A stretch of 62,336 bases of DNA, filler included, from Diploschistes diacapsis (Eukaryota): NCBI GenBank assembly GCA_023645945.1. It is 17 parts of 17 records of this genome, joined end to end, with 100 filler letters (N's around TTAATTAATTAA, not from the genome) between each part and the next. Parts side by side here need not be neighbours in the genome. Positions count along the whole stretch, not along the records: positions 11,822 to 14,081 come from JALAIB010002296.1; positions 14,182 to 16,433 come from JALAIB010002297.1; positions 16,534 to 18,781 come from JALAIB010002298.1; positions 18,882 to 21,123 come from JALAIB010002299.1; positions 21,224 to 45,995 come from JALAIB010000230.1; 12 more parts are not named here. One strand, written 5' to 3'. Positions 11,822-23,256 of this stretch are shown one piece after another. Both the position numbers and the translations under genes were made by a program. The notes beneath the pieces were generated by a model. That model saw only the letters and a list, made by a program, of their open reading frames with translations, was not told where the DNA came from and made no database searches. Within the stretch, counting starts at the first letter, position 1. Every line of letters starts with the position of its first letter.

Positions 11822-13157
11822 AAATCAGATAACGAGAACGAGTACGAAGTCGAAATAATCGTATATTATAAAAATAATAAATATTTAATTAAATAGAAAG
11901 GATATCTAAAGTTAAAGATAATATAAGAACCTAAAAAAAACCTAAAAAACTATAAGATAAAATTAGCGAAATTCTAAGATATTAACGGACCTACTATTAA
12001 AAATAATTGGAATTAAGGATGGAGAATCTACGGAACATACGTATATTTGATATAAAAATTAATCTAACGAAACGGGATTTTTATCTCTTAAGACCTAATT
12101 TAACCGATCCGGCGATATTATCGTTAATTTAAATAATTCTAGATTAAATTCCGTTGATAAATCTTTTTAGACGTTGATATATGCCTCGAATGATTTTAAG
12201 TCTAATTTTTCCGCTAAATAACGCGCTTATTCGTTAGTACGATTTTCCGTTAGTTTAAAAACCTTTTAATTACGGCGAATACGACGTTTGCGTTAAAGAC
12301 GACGATTTTTAATTTTACGGAATTATTTCTTTAGTTTTTTTTCTTGTTTATTATCCTCGTTAAGAAGCTTTTTATTTTTATCGATCTCTTCTCGTGTCGA
12401 AAGGATAATTCGTTTAATTATCTCTTAGATAATAGAAATACAATCCTTTTATTAAACTTAATACAGCGAGCGTATTTAACGAAAATAAAAGACATTTTGA
12501 TGTAATCGTGAAAGAATAAATAATAATTATAAAATAATATATCTAAATATAATCTTAAAAACGAATAATAGAATTCAGGCGTTTCTTTTATTTCGAAGAT
12601 GAAGAAGATATCGTTCTCTTACGACTTAGGATTTTCTTTTATTTAATATTTATGTTTATTCTTCGGTATTTATCGGGCCGATAAGGCTGAAGGAAGGGGA
12701 TAATATTACGATCCAAGTGACTAAATGGTAGCTACTTAGTATTTTATAGCTGATCGGGCCTAACCTAATCATTCTTTATATATAGTTCAATTATGGTAAT
12801 ACTGGTCACGTGATGAATAGAAAGTTTTGGAAGCTATTTTACCTTTTATAGGTAGAACGGGAGAACGGTAATTCTATTTATTTATTGATTTATTCCGTTA
12901 AGGAGCAGTTGGTTATATAGAAACGTCATTATGGTTCTTATGAATTTTGGTATGTTTATTTTTATAAATATTTCTAATTATTGCTCGAGATTAATTTATA
13001 TTCGTTACCTTTATTAATAGAGTTTTCTTTCTAAAAGACAGTCTAGGACCTATAACTGCTCTAACTTCTTCTCCTGCTTGCATTCCTCTTCTAAACGAGA
13101 CTAAACCTACCTTGATCAATACCTCGTGTCTACATTGTAGAGATAGATATCATAATA
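11822..13157 (+). mobile_element. Gypsy family A (chromovirus) 3' end: chromodomain, ~700-bp post-pol region, PPT and 3' LTR (12704-13157)
   Basis: Chromodomain ENEYEVEIIV...YLIK*KGY...*EPKKNL (11830-11950). PPT GAAGGAAGGGGATAA, then tattacgatccaagt...gatatcataata. Confidence 0.85.
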
Positions 13158-13251
13158 AACGCGTTCTTGTTAAATTATTACGTCGTACGAAATTAAAAAC
13201 CTAATTTTTATTAACGATAAATAAAAGTAAGAACGCGTTTCGGTCGATTAA

Positions 13252-13866
13252 TGTCAGAATACTAACCTAAATAGGTTAGTCAGATTGCTTACTAAGCTTC
13301 TAGCATGTTCGAATATTCTGGAAGGTTCTAGAATATTCTAGAACATAATAGAATATTATCGAAGATTATGGAATATTATCGAATATTCGGCTTACTAATG
13401 CATGGAATGATTTAGAAGGATAAGGAACATTCTAGATTAAATTATTACTAATCAAACTAGCGTGAAATGTGCCTATAAAAGGCCTCTCACCCTCTATCAT
13501 TCTTAGTTACAACCTTCAACCTCTTCAATATATCTTTATTGAACAATAGTCAGCTACCAGGCTAGGCAGGCTAGGAATATTTCCTAGTTAGGACTAGCTG
13601 CAGAATACACTCTTAGTCATCAGTTATCTATTAACGTGTTTCACCACTTAACGGATCACACCACAAAGCGGCTCACCATATTATAATGTAGATGCGCTAG
13701 ATAGTTTTAACCGAGCTTTTGAGCCCCACAACCACACATAAAATTATTTGTACGAAAGGTGAAAATGTTAAGAAATACATTTTACGAAGGTGCAGGGATT
13801 GTGAACCGCTTTGTGGTGTGATCCGTTAAGTGGTGAAACACGTTAGGACTTCCACCACGTTCAACA
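13252..13866 (+). mobile_element. Solo LTR, family D, carrying a MITE
   Basis: TGTCAGAATAC...TTCAACA with flanks ATTAA/ATTAG. Homologous to 10006-10398. Confidence 0.75.
13634..13843. mobile_element. pogo/Fot1-type MITE, 210 bp
   Basis: 38-bp perfect TIR ACGTGTTTCACCACTTAACGGATCACACCACAAAGCGG with a TA TSD (13632-13633 and 13844-13845). The empty site is visible in the LTR copy near 10027. Confidence 0.92.
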
Positions 13867-13892
13867 ATTAGTAATATATTAATTATATCTTT

Positions 13893-14081
13893 TGTTGAGC
13901 AGACAGGCAGAAGGCATGGCTGGGAGTTCGACTGAGTTCTAGTCGGGGGTTTAGTTCAGCTGAACTCCGAGGTTCAGTTCAGCTGAATTTCTTAGAATTC
14001 TGACTGACCGATCGGGAATAGTGTTGATAATAAGATTTAGCGGAACCTATAGGGTATAAAAGTTTGCGTAATAGGATATTT
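13893..14081 (+). mobile_element. Copia family C LTR, partial
   Basis: TGTTGAGCAG...GTTCAGCTGAA...GGTATAAAAG, shared with 19070, 54209 (-), 57777 and 58720. Confidence 0.75.
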
Positions 14082-14181
14082 NNNNNNNNNNNNNNNNNNN
14101 NNNNNNNNNNNNNNNNNNNNNNNNNTTAATTAATTAANNNNNNNNNNNNNNNNNNNNNNNNNNNNNNNNNNNNNNNNNNNN

Positions 14182-14847
14182 ACTAATATCTCGCCGTTAA
14201 TTTCGAAAACGTTTTCGAGATCTTATAAGAATTTTATTAATTAAATTCTAAAAAAATAAAATTCCCGTAATTAATAATACTCGAAAATAAATAATCAACG
14301 TTAATAAAAATTATAAACGGGAACGAATCTTTAAAATAAGATAATATCGATTATTACGACGATTATATTTTTCTATAAAATCTAAAAACTTATTTAATTA
14401 AAAACGACGCTAAAAAAGATTTAAAGAAACGGAAATATCTATTATAAAAAAATACCGGGTATCCTTTTAAATAAATTAAAAAAAAAATAAAGATCGAAAT
14501 AAAGATTAACTAAAAAAAAAGTATCGCTTATAAGAGATATAAGCATCTAAAGAAAGGGGTAGTAAGATAGCCCAATTTAAGGGCCTATCAAGCCACGGCA
14601 GGGTTAATACCTAGGTGCTTGCCAAGACACGGCAGGGTCAGGAAGTGGCTGTATAAATAAGTAATTCCCGAACCTCGGTAGGCCTGATATCCACACTACT
14701 TAACGGTACCTTCCTCCCACCTAGATAGTTTCTTCTTCAGCTTTTCGAATCGAGACCTTTTACCTGCAGATGCCCAGCTACACGTAATCCTTCCGGATCA
14801 GGCCCAGCCCCCGGTGGAGTAGCATCCTTTCCTGCGCTGGCGTTTCA
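14182..14847 (+). mobile_element. Gypsy family B 3' end with PPT and 285-bp LTR (14563-14847)
   Basis: PPT AGAAAGGGG and LTR taagatagccc...CGTTTCA. Closely similar to 48800-49495. Confidence 0.85.
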
Positions 14848-16433
14848 TTATCGGCCCTTTAGGTCAGAACAATAACCATAAACGACCGATTATTTAATCG
14901 AGAACAAGAGCGTCGTTTTAGTCGGAACAAGACTGCTAAACCAAAACTTCGTTACCACACTAATTATATAAAAAATACATAAAATATAAGACACATAAAC
15001 AACGACGTTATAGATTTCGATACTTTAATTAACAAACCCCGGCCCAATCAGAAGAAAGGAACTAAAAGATTTAACGAAAGACCTTCAACTAAAAGAAAGA
15101 AGTACTTTAAATATAACAAGATAGGCCACTTCGCTCAAGATTACAGATCTAAAAACAAAATCGCTAAAAAAAATACCCTAACCGCGACAGATCACCATCT
15201 CAACGCAACTACAATTATCCTTATAAAAAACTATCCGACCGACGAACAACCCTAAAAGAAAATCATAATTAAATCGGACATCATAACCTAGCAAGACGAT
15301 ACCGACGAATCGATTAATAAAGATACCGAAACCACGCCTTTACTAATTACAGCATCAATCACGTAGATTTCGAAAAGTAACGATATTTTAAACAAAAATA
15401 CAACGAAATATAAGAAAACGATAAGACAATTATTCTCATATGCTTAAACATACGATCCAATTCTTAACGTTAAATCAAATATCCGAGGACCTTTACGTAA
15501 CAATCCGAATAAAGATGCATCGTACGAGTTCCGTGTTAGTAACCGTATTATCGATAAAATAAAATACTTTCAAAAGAAAACTATTATTACCAACGACCGA
15601 ACACATCTAGACTACATAATTTTCGACGAATATAAAGATTGCATATACGAACTTACGAAACATAAAACAATAACCTATATTCTTTACGAACAAATCGCTA
15701 CCGACGTAATCTTTCGAACTTATTACGAAAACGTCTTACGCGACACATAATATAAAAATTATCGTTTCCTATACGACTACAATAATCGAAACTGTCATAT
15801 ACATTACTATAGCCTAGAACGACAACAGAATAGAAGAAACCTACCAATACACGATAGAAAGATCGTCACGCTAAAATTTTATTTCGCTTTCAAGACATGC
15901 CGAATTGAGAAACACGATCATCTTAATCACGTAATAATATATCTATTCAACTATTACCGCGACAAGCGTTGTATGATCCCAGCACATCACGATTAAAAAT
16001 TACAAGCCGACATAACCCGAAAACTCAAATTATCGAACGAAAACCCCATACATCCTGAACATACATTATAAAACTATCGATTCTACAAGACGACAAATTA
16101 TAAATACCACAAAAAAAGTTCCTACCCCGCGAACAAATTTATTATAAAAAAAGCTACAGCTTTTTAATTATAAGTCAAATTAAAGAACTATATATTATAA
16201 ACATAAACGCTAACACACGAACTCAAATATAACGAATTTAAATCGACTTCGAGATTAAACCGGATCGACATACCGTACGAATACTAATCGATCTAAAGAT
16301 CATAATAAACGCCAACTCAACCTTATATATACACCGATTAAAGATGAAAAATTACGAACTTATATAGAAATATACACTCGAAACCGTAACAACACGTAAC
16401 GCCTTATAAATTATTAAACGTACGTTACCGCTA
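14848..16433 (+). mobile_element. Gypsy family A gag-to-protease fragment (RIP), interrupted at its 5' side by family B
   Basis: Zinc knuckle KYFKYNKIGHFAQDYRS (~15101-15150, RIP form of CX2CX4HX4C). Collinear with 51740-50776 (-). Confidence 0.8.
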
Positions 16434-16533
16434 NNNNNNNNNNNNNNNNNNNNNNNNNNNNNNNNNNNNNNNNNNNNTTAATTAATTAANNNNNNNNNNN
16501 NNNNNNNNNNNNNNNNNNNNNNNNNNNNNNNNN

Positions 16534-16949
16534 CCTCCTGCACCGCCCCCACCACCAGCTCGGGGTCCTGGCGCTCCTGCAGCACCTCCACCCCCGCCAA
16601 CAGACGGCGTACAGGGTGCGCTCATGGCCTCTATTCGCGGTACAGGTGGCATAGGTGCAGGTGGGCTTCGCAGAGTCAAAAGCAGTGAGAAGCGCGATCG
16701 TAGTGCGGCCATGGTTCCTGGTGCGACGCCGGCTAGTCCAGCTGCCGGTGGTGGCAATGCTTCGGCGCCGGCCCCGGGAGGAGGCGGCGGAGGGTTGGCA
16801 GACGCCCTGGCACAGGCACTCAGTGCGAGGAATAAGAAGGTTAGCGCTAGTGGTGAGTAGTACCTCTTTTGTATGTAGGCTGTGAGTGTACATGGCTGAC
16901 GTGTGCATCAGATGACGAAGATGAAGATGATGACTGGGACGACAAATGA
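16534..16949 (+). CDS. LAS17: WASP/Las17 homologue C-terminus (Pro-rich, WH2, central helix, acidic tail), 5'-truncated
   Basis: PPPPP..ALMASIRGTGG..LRRVKSSEKRDRS..LADALAQALSARNKKVSAS, then intron 16853-16911, then DDEDEDDDWDDK*. Confidence 0.88.
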
Positions 16950-18381
16950 GGGATGGCATCCGGCAAGAGTCTTTGAAACGTTGGGCTTCTTCGAATGGTG
17001 ATTCGGTTACGGTGAGTTGATACGAATGATGGCAGCTCGTTCAGCAAGTGGAGATCGGGCAAAGGCGTTGGCGAGGTAGCAGACTCGGCGCTCTGTGCAG
17101 GCGGTCTATACGGTGTTGTATTGTTTGCTCGCTGCAAAAGCCATAAGGTCGAGGTGGATGATAGATTCAGAGTTTCGAGTTGTTCAACAAGACACGGAGA
17201 GATAACAATTTATAAAGTTCAGATGAGCTACATTCCCAGACTTGCCCAACAACTCTATCGGCTGGGAACCAGCTTTCTTCCACGGCTTCCGGTATGCGCT
17301 CTGTGCTACTTTGCACAGGTGAACTCCGTCCGCCTTTCCTTGCTCAAGTACCTTCCCTACGCAGCACTACCGGCCCAACATCATCATAACTCCCCATAAC
17401 AAAGGTGACCCACCACTCCAATCGCGGGTGACAGTGCCTGAATACAAAGTTCAAAAAATCCCAAATCGGATCAACCGCTTGACCAGCCATCAAGCACAAC
17501 ACACCAGTGCCAGTGCCTAGTGCGGCGTGCCGGAACCACGCTGATCCCCTTTGGAGCAGCTTCAGCTACGCGGCTGACGACGTTGTGCCCGTCCAAAGGC
17601 TCCGTTGCTGGCGGCATAAGTCAAGAGGCAAACAAAAAGCATGAGTAGAAAAAAAGATTCCTAACATCCAAGCGGAGGCTCCGAAGTACAGCGATAGAAC
17701 AACTGCTGTCTCGAGAAAGCCGAGGAGCTTGCAGGGTGATGATGATGATAACATGAAGAATTAATCTGCACCACCAGACGCCTCTCTTCCTACCTCTTTA
17801 TACTTGCCCCGTACAAGATTTTTTGTTATTTGGGGGGGCGGGAGGCAATCAAGTGCAAAAAATCGGGACTGAACTAGACTAGACTAGATAGACTATCTAC
17901 TAACGTTCAAAAGCTCTCTCCTTGGGATCTTTTTTCAAACTTTTGTTTTCGTAATCCCATCTATGAAGCATGGTGGTCTGGGAAATTGGCCTTTGGTGAG
18001 TGTCATTGAGTGAGTGAGAGGGGGGTTTTTTTTTGGGCTGCAATAACGAGCACTTTCTAAATCCTCGTCAATGGCAATCAAATCGTGGTTGAAATGCTTT
18101 GTAGGAGAAAGAAAACTTCATCATCGTAAGGTTCGTGCTCGAGAGTCAAAGAGTTCATGATTGCGAGAAGAGATTATATATATAATAGCTTGCTATGGGT
18201 TCACAAGCTGCGATTACGTAGGTTGAGTGAAAAACTGGAAGGCGGGAAGGAAGAGGCAACAGGACTTATATAAAATGCAAGCGCAATTTACATTCGGACT
18301 GGATGAGGTGAGGGATGCGTGGGTATGTACAGACAGCTAGCTGGGTACAAAATGCACCCGACATCGACACCAACGCTGGTA

Positions 18382-18781
18382 TTAGCTGTAGATGCTTCTT
18401 TCCAACACCCATAGCTCTCGGCCGGGCTCGATATGCACGAGGCCTCCAAGTTCACCCAAAGTTGCCGGAGAGCTCTTGGGGGGGAGACAGTGTGCGATTA
18501 GTGCAAAAAACATAGACGCGTGCACGTTCCAACGCCAGCGCTCGAAGAATCCCAAAGCCAACTTCTTCCATCTTGCCGCGAAAACAAGCATCATCTTCAT
18601 GGCACTCCAGACTCTCACCCCTTTACCACCTTCTTCCCCTCCTTCCTCACCGCCGGCACCCCAATCTCCATCCCCTTTTCCCTCCACGCCGCTTGCTTCG
18701 CCTCCCTCAGCCTCCTCATTCTCTCCGCCCTCCCTTCGCCCGGCAATCCCGCCATACTCACATCTCTGCCCCCCAAGCCAC
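18382..18781 (-). CDS. Possible 3' end of a hypothetical protein gene (5'-truncated)
   Basis: Open minus frame from the contig edge: an acidic Gly-rich linker followed by an ordered-looking segment (WSAMKMMLVFAARWKKLALGFFERWRW...). No family recognised. Confidence 0.3.
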
Positions 18782-18881
18782 NNNNNNNNNNNNNNNNNNN
18801 NNNNNNNNNNNNNNNNNNNNNNNNNTTAATTAATTAANNNNNNNNNNNNNNNNNNNNNNNNNNNNNNNNNNNNNNNNNNNN

Positions 18882-19255
18882 GTACAGGATTTAGTTAGGC
18901 GAAACCGTATTAATATTATTTATATACTTACTAATAAAATGATTATTAACGGATTAATAAAGTTACTAAATTATATTAAGTATAATATGTTTATTAAAGG
19001 ATTTGGATTACTACAAAAAAGATTTAACTAAATTAGATGAATATACCGCTAATTCCGCCCGTAAGGGAATGTTAAGTAAATAAGTAGAAAATATGGCTGG
19101 GAGGTTCAGCTGAATCCACTTGAGTTCCTGTTAATCCGGATTGGGAGTAGCGCAAGCCTATAGGGCTTAGCGGATCCCAGAGGTATAAAAGCTTACATGT
19201 AGGTTATTCCTCTTAGATAAATGTTCAGACTTCAATACATTCGTTGCACAAAAAC
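18882..19255 (+). mobile_element. Copia family C 3' end: RNase H tail, PPT and LTR (from 19070)
   Basis: ILTNKMIINGLIKLL is the RIP form of IPTxEMIADGLTKPL. Purine run AAGGGAA precedes TGTTAAGT, the LTR start. Confidence 0.8.
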
Positions 19256-20191
19256 TATTATAATTATTAAGGATTAATAGACGATATTTGTTTATCGTAT
19301 AAAATTATAAATAATTTTAAAAATGCTTTAATTAATTTAAATTACTTTTATTAATAATTTATCCGTTTTTACTGGGTCGTACACGTTATGTATCGAATAA
19401 ATCGCCGTTTTAATATTAAAAAAGAAAGTAATATTTACCCTTTATAATTACGTACGGAGGTAACGCATAACCGTCCGCGCAGATAATTTAAATAATTAAA
19501 ACCTATTCTCGATTACCGGGTTATTTCGTACGAGGTCTATTTTTGCGATCTAAAGTAATTACGACCTTTATATAGCTAAATATTCCTATAAGAAAGCCGA
19601 CTTCGTCGAAGTTATAAATATCCCAGTCGAAGATATTATATTTAATAATTATATTACGTACGAGATCGAATCAGTTTCGTACGATTCGTAGATCTTTAAT
19701 TAATATTTTCTAATAATCGATTTTACGTTAAAATCGTATTTTTAACGTTTTTTACTTTCGTACGAAATTTTATATCTATCGTGGTCCGATTAGCGGCGTA
19801 TTTCGAACTACGCGTATTAAATTAATTATATCGCGTATATCGCTTTATCGCGGCGGAAAATTATATTCAATTAAATTAATCGTACGATTAAGAATCGTTT
19901 CATCTTTTAACACGATTAAATTTATTAAGTTAACTAAAATATCGTATCTTAAAATATATTATCGCGTCGAGCAATAAGCGTTATACGAGGAATCTTATAT
20001 ATTTAAAATACGCGTTTTATATTAAGATTTAAGTCTTGTTTAATAATTTAAAGTATTATTATAATTTTATTTTTAATTAAAGATGATTCCATGATCATAC
20101 GCGTAGAAAATTGATATAAAAGTTAAAAATTCGTAAAATTAAATGGGTGGTGTCCGCTCGCTATGAATGTCCGCTCGCTATGCATATACGT
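19256..20191 (-). mobile_element. pogo/Fot1 DNA transposon 5' half (RIP), interrupted by copia
   Basis: The terminus on the minus strand is TA+ACGTATATGCATAGCGAGCGGACA with the duplicated CATAGCGAGCGGACA motif. The DDE motif DIYNFDEVGFLIG is at ~19625-19585. Confidence 0.85.
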
Positions 20192-20193
20192 TA

Positions 20194-21123
20194 ATAAAAA
20201 ATAATCTAATTTTAGTCCTCGATTCTATTTATGTTTTATTATTTAACTTATTCTCGGAACTTAATGATTGCTAATTCGGTACTTATCTGGTTTCTTTATT
20301 TTAATATTTTTCCCGAACGATTTATTTATATTATTTATTTAATTCCGAAGGTAAAACGGGCCAGCGAATTCGTGAATCTTTTTTATTCGATAAAATAACG
20401 ATTTGATCTATTAATAAAACTTAATAAATATCCGATTTATTTATTTCGAAATTCGATAATCTTATATTCGATATTTAATTCGCTTACGATCGAAACGTGT
20501 TTATTTTTACAGATCTTCTAGCTCGATTCGGCGTATAAAAAGCGGATTTAAACCGTTATTTAACTCGAGAGAATATTTACGGGATTAATAGACCTACGGA
20601 CGCGTATATAGGTTAAATATTTAAACGATTATAACGTTAATATAACGATTTAGGCACAAAAACGCCCTCGATTATTAATATTTACGCTTATATAAAACCC
20701 GGGTCGCGAACGACGCTTTAACGAATTAAACTATTAATTTAAAAAAAATAATAAATCGATTAAATAATTTCAATCTATTTAACGCTATTTTAGCTTATCG
20801 AGACTCATCCGTCTCGACGTCGGTTTTTATATCTCGTAAATCTATCGTCGATTTACCTACGCCTTCTCGTATTGTTTCTATACGGGGCCTCTTTGAATTA
20901 ACTCGGCTTCGCCTTTTACGTCCGCTCGGACCCCGTTTATAACCCGTACGGAACCCGTTTCTGTCCCGTTAAATACAATTTCGATTAATTTTAAAACGAC
21001 AATCGAAACTTATATCAACGATTTTTTCTCGTTCCTTCTCGGCTTCATTTCGGTTTTTAACCGTATTCTACGTTTTATCGATTTTATATAGAGTTCCGAT
21101 AAATTTATTTTATTAAAAAAATA
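20194..21123. mobile_element. Unclassified RIP-degraded repeat
   Basis: Very AT-rich, CpA/TpG-depleted and CpG-retaining. No motif recognised. Confidence 0.45.
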
Positions 21124-21223
21124 NNNNNNNNNNNNNNNNNNNNNNNNNNNNNNNNNNNNNNNNNNNNTTAATTAATTAANNNNNNNNNNNNNNNNNNNNN
21201 NNNNNNNNNNNNNNNNNNNNNNN

Positions 21224-21862
21224 GGTCTGGAGCGGTGGAGACGAAGGGAGGGGGGCCGGTAGGGATGCGATTGAGGGGTAGTTTACCGGTCGGCTTTGCC
21301 CGCGCTACCGTGCGGCCGTCGTGGGTGCGGGCGATGCAGTCGAAGGCGCCGGTGGCTACGTCCATGAGGGCGTAGCCGTATTTTGCGCCGACGAGGTTCT
21401 TGTTGTTTGTGCCGGCGAGCTTGGCGATCACGATTCGAGGCCATTGCTCCCTCGTCCTTCTACCATGGACGCCGTGAAGGGCCATTGACGGTATCTCCCT
21501 TGCTCCTTTGGAGCCTCTCAAAGCCTCTCACCCCATTGGCGAAAATTTCAAGGAACTACCTGGCATCCTCTCAATATCGAAAAGTTACTAAGTAAACAGA
21601 GCAAGAGAGAGTCTCAACTAACCCAACGCAATCTCCTACATCCACGCTGCGCAGGCTACTCTGGCCCCTTTCGCAATGTCGACCCAGTACACCTTCTCGC
21701 CAAACACATCTATAAAGCGCACATGGTGCGTATCCGGTTCGTAGTACAGGCCCTCGCCGAGGTTGCAGTGGACATCTATCCACAGTTGGCAGCAAGATCA
21801 GTCTTCGGTTTAGAATTGACTGATTTCATTATCTACCTCCTTCACTTTTCAGACCTGCACAT
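21224..21862 (-). pseudogene. SMP-30/regucalcin/gluconolactonase family pseudogene
   Basis: WIDVHCNLGEGLYYEPDTHHVRFIDV..VYWVDIAKG, then a frameshift to SSLRSVDVGDCVG. LVGAKYGYALMD follows downstream, and there is a stop shortly after the putative ATG. Confidence 0.65.
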
Positions 21863-23256
21863 TTCCCCTTTCCTCTTCCCACTCCTGGACTCTAACATCT
21901 TCAACAAGGATTCAAGTTCTGTATTAGTATCAGAGGTAGCTATCTGAGTTGATTCGCCGTCCTGCAACGCCAATTAGTCCCCCCAAAAGCCTCCCTCCTG
22001 TCTCCCTCAGTGGATATTTTCTCGCTTTTCAACTTAGTGAAAAGTTGAGCAAGCTTCTGCCCTAGTGAGAGTCTCCGCTGGAAATACAATATGGGACTTA
22101 TAGCTGGTCAACGTGGGGCGGTAGTAGCTTTACCAGTCACGTTCCAAGAAGTTGATGAGCCCTGGTCCAGTACACACCATAGGCTCCCACCTCACTAATT
22201 AAAGATTTTTAGAAGTCGAGAAATTATAAACAACTTTAAAACTACGATCGACATACTCAAGTTCGATTTAAATTTTCGGGTGCGATATTGAGTAATTTAT
22301 AACACGGTAAATTCGTGAAATGTACTGCTGCTACGAAAAATTGCGGCAGCCGTATGTTCTCGGTTTTCATAACGTAGATAATTTAGTTATAGCTTCAATA
22401 TTTTCGAAAGAGAGAAGACTGAAAAACAATATATATCTCTCTTTATAACCTGCTTTAATTTCTTAAAAGAATTTAAAGGTCTTATTAATGGTATGGTAAC
22501 TTCATGAAGTGGGCGCATTTTAATGTAATTTAGGAAAGGGCTCATTATTTTTGGCCTAATACTGTACGTTATCTTATAGCTGTTTGTGGCTTTACAGCGG
22601 GACGATTCCCGGCTGAAGTCAACAATGCCCATCAAAAAGCGCTCCAATTGCTACGCTCAACGCTACAAGCAATTACCATTTAAGGCAGAAACCCAGTTAG
22701 GGTTTTCGAACGGGTAACGTTGATAGCAGTCACACTTCCAAACTGGTAATCTTGTGAGTTTTCCCAGAGTCATCTAGAAATTTATTAGCTGCAATATGCC
22801 ATCCCTTTTCATAATCTCTGGCACTGAACACAATCTTCCCATTCTATGAGCGCTAATCGAGCCAGCTAACTGCCTTACCTTTCTACTGTTGCAACTTGTC
22901 ACGCCAAGGAGCTCCAATGTCCCGAAGGCGGAAGCTCAAACTTGCGCCTGTTTGGGGGAAGCGCCAGATGTACTACTGCAATAGCAGGTGCATTTTACCT
23001 GCGTCAACTAACATAGCCAACGCGGCTCCGGCCCGCTAGGAAGTCGGGGAGTCCTTGAATAAGCTTAGAGGACATGCTCGGACACGAGCTCATGTATTTG
23101 GGAAACCCTGCAAGCTGTAACGTTTGCAATTAATCTGATTTAAATATTATGCATTATCGCTATCTGAAGGGCTGCTCGCAAAGTCCTAATATCATACACT
23201 CTAAACATCCAAGAGGCGGAACGCTCTAGTGGACAAGACATAAGTAGGATCTAACA

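Noticed and set aside
14053..14081. 29-nt identity with the start of contig 57777, suggesting the contigs join
   Set aside because: The bases upstream of the match differ, so these are separate copies of the same LTR family.
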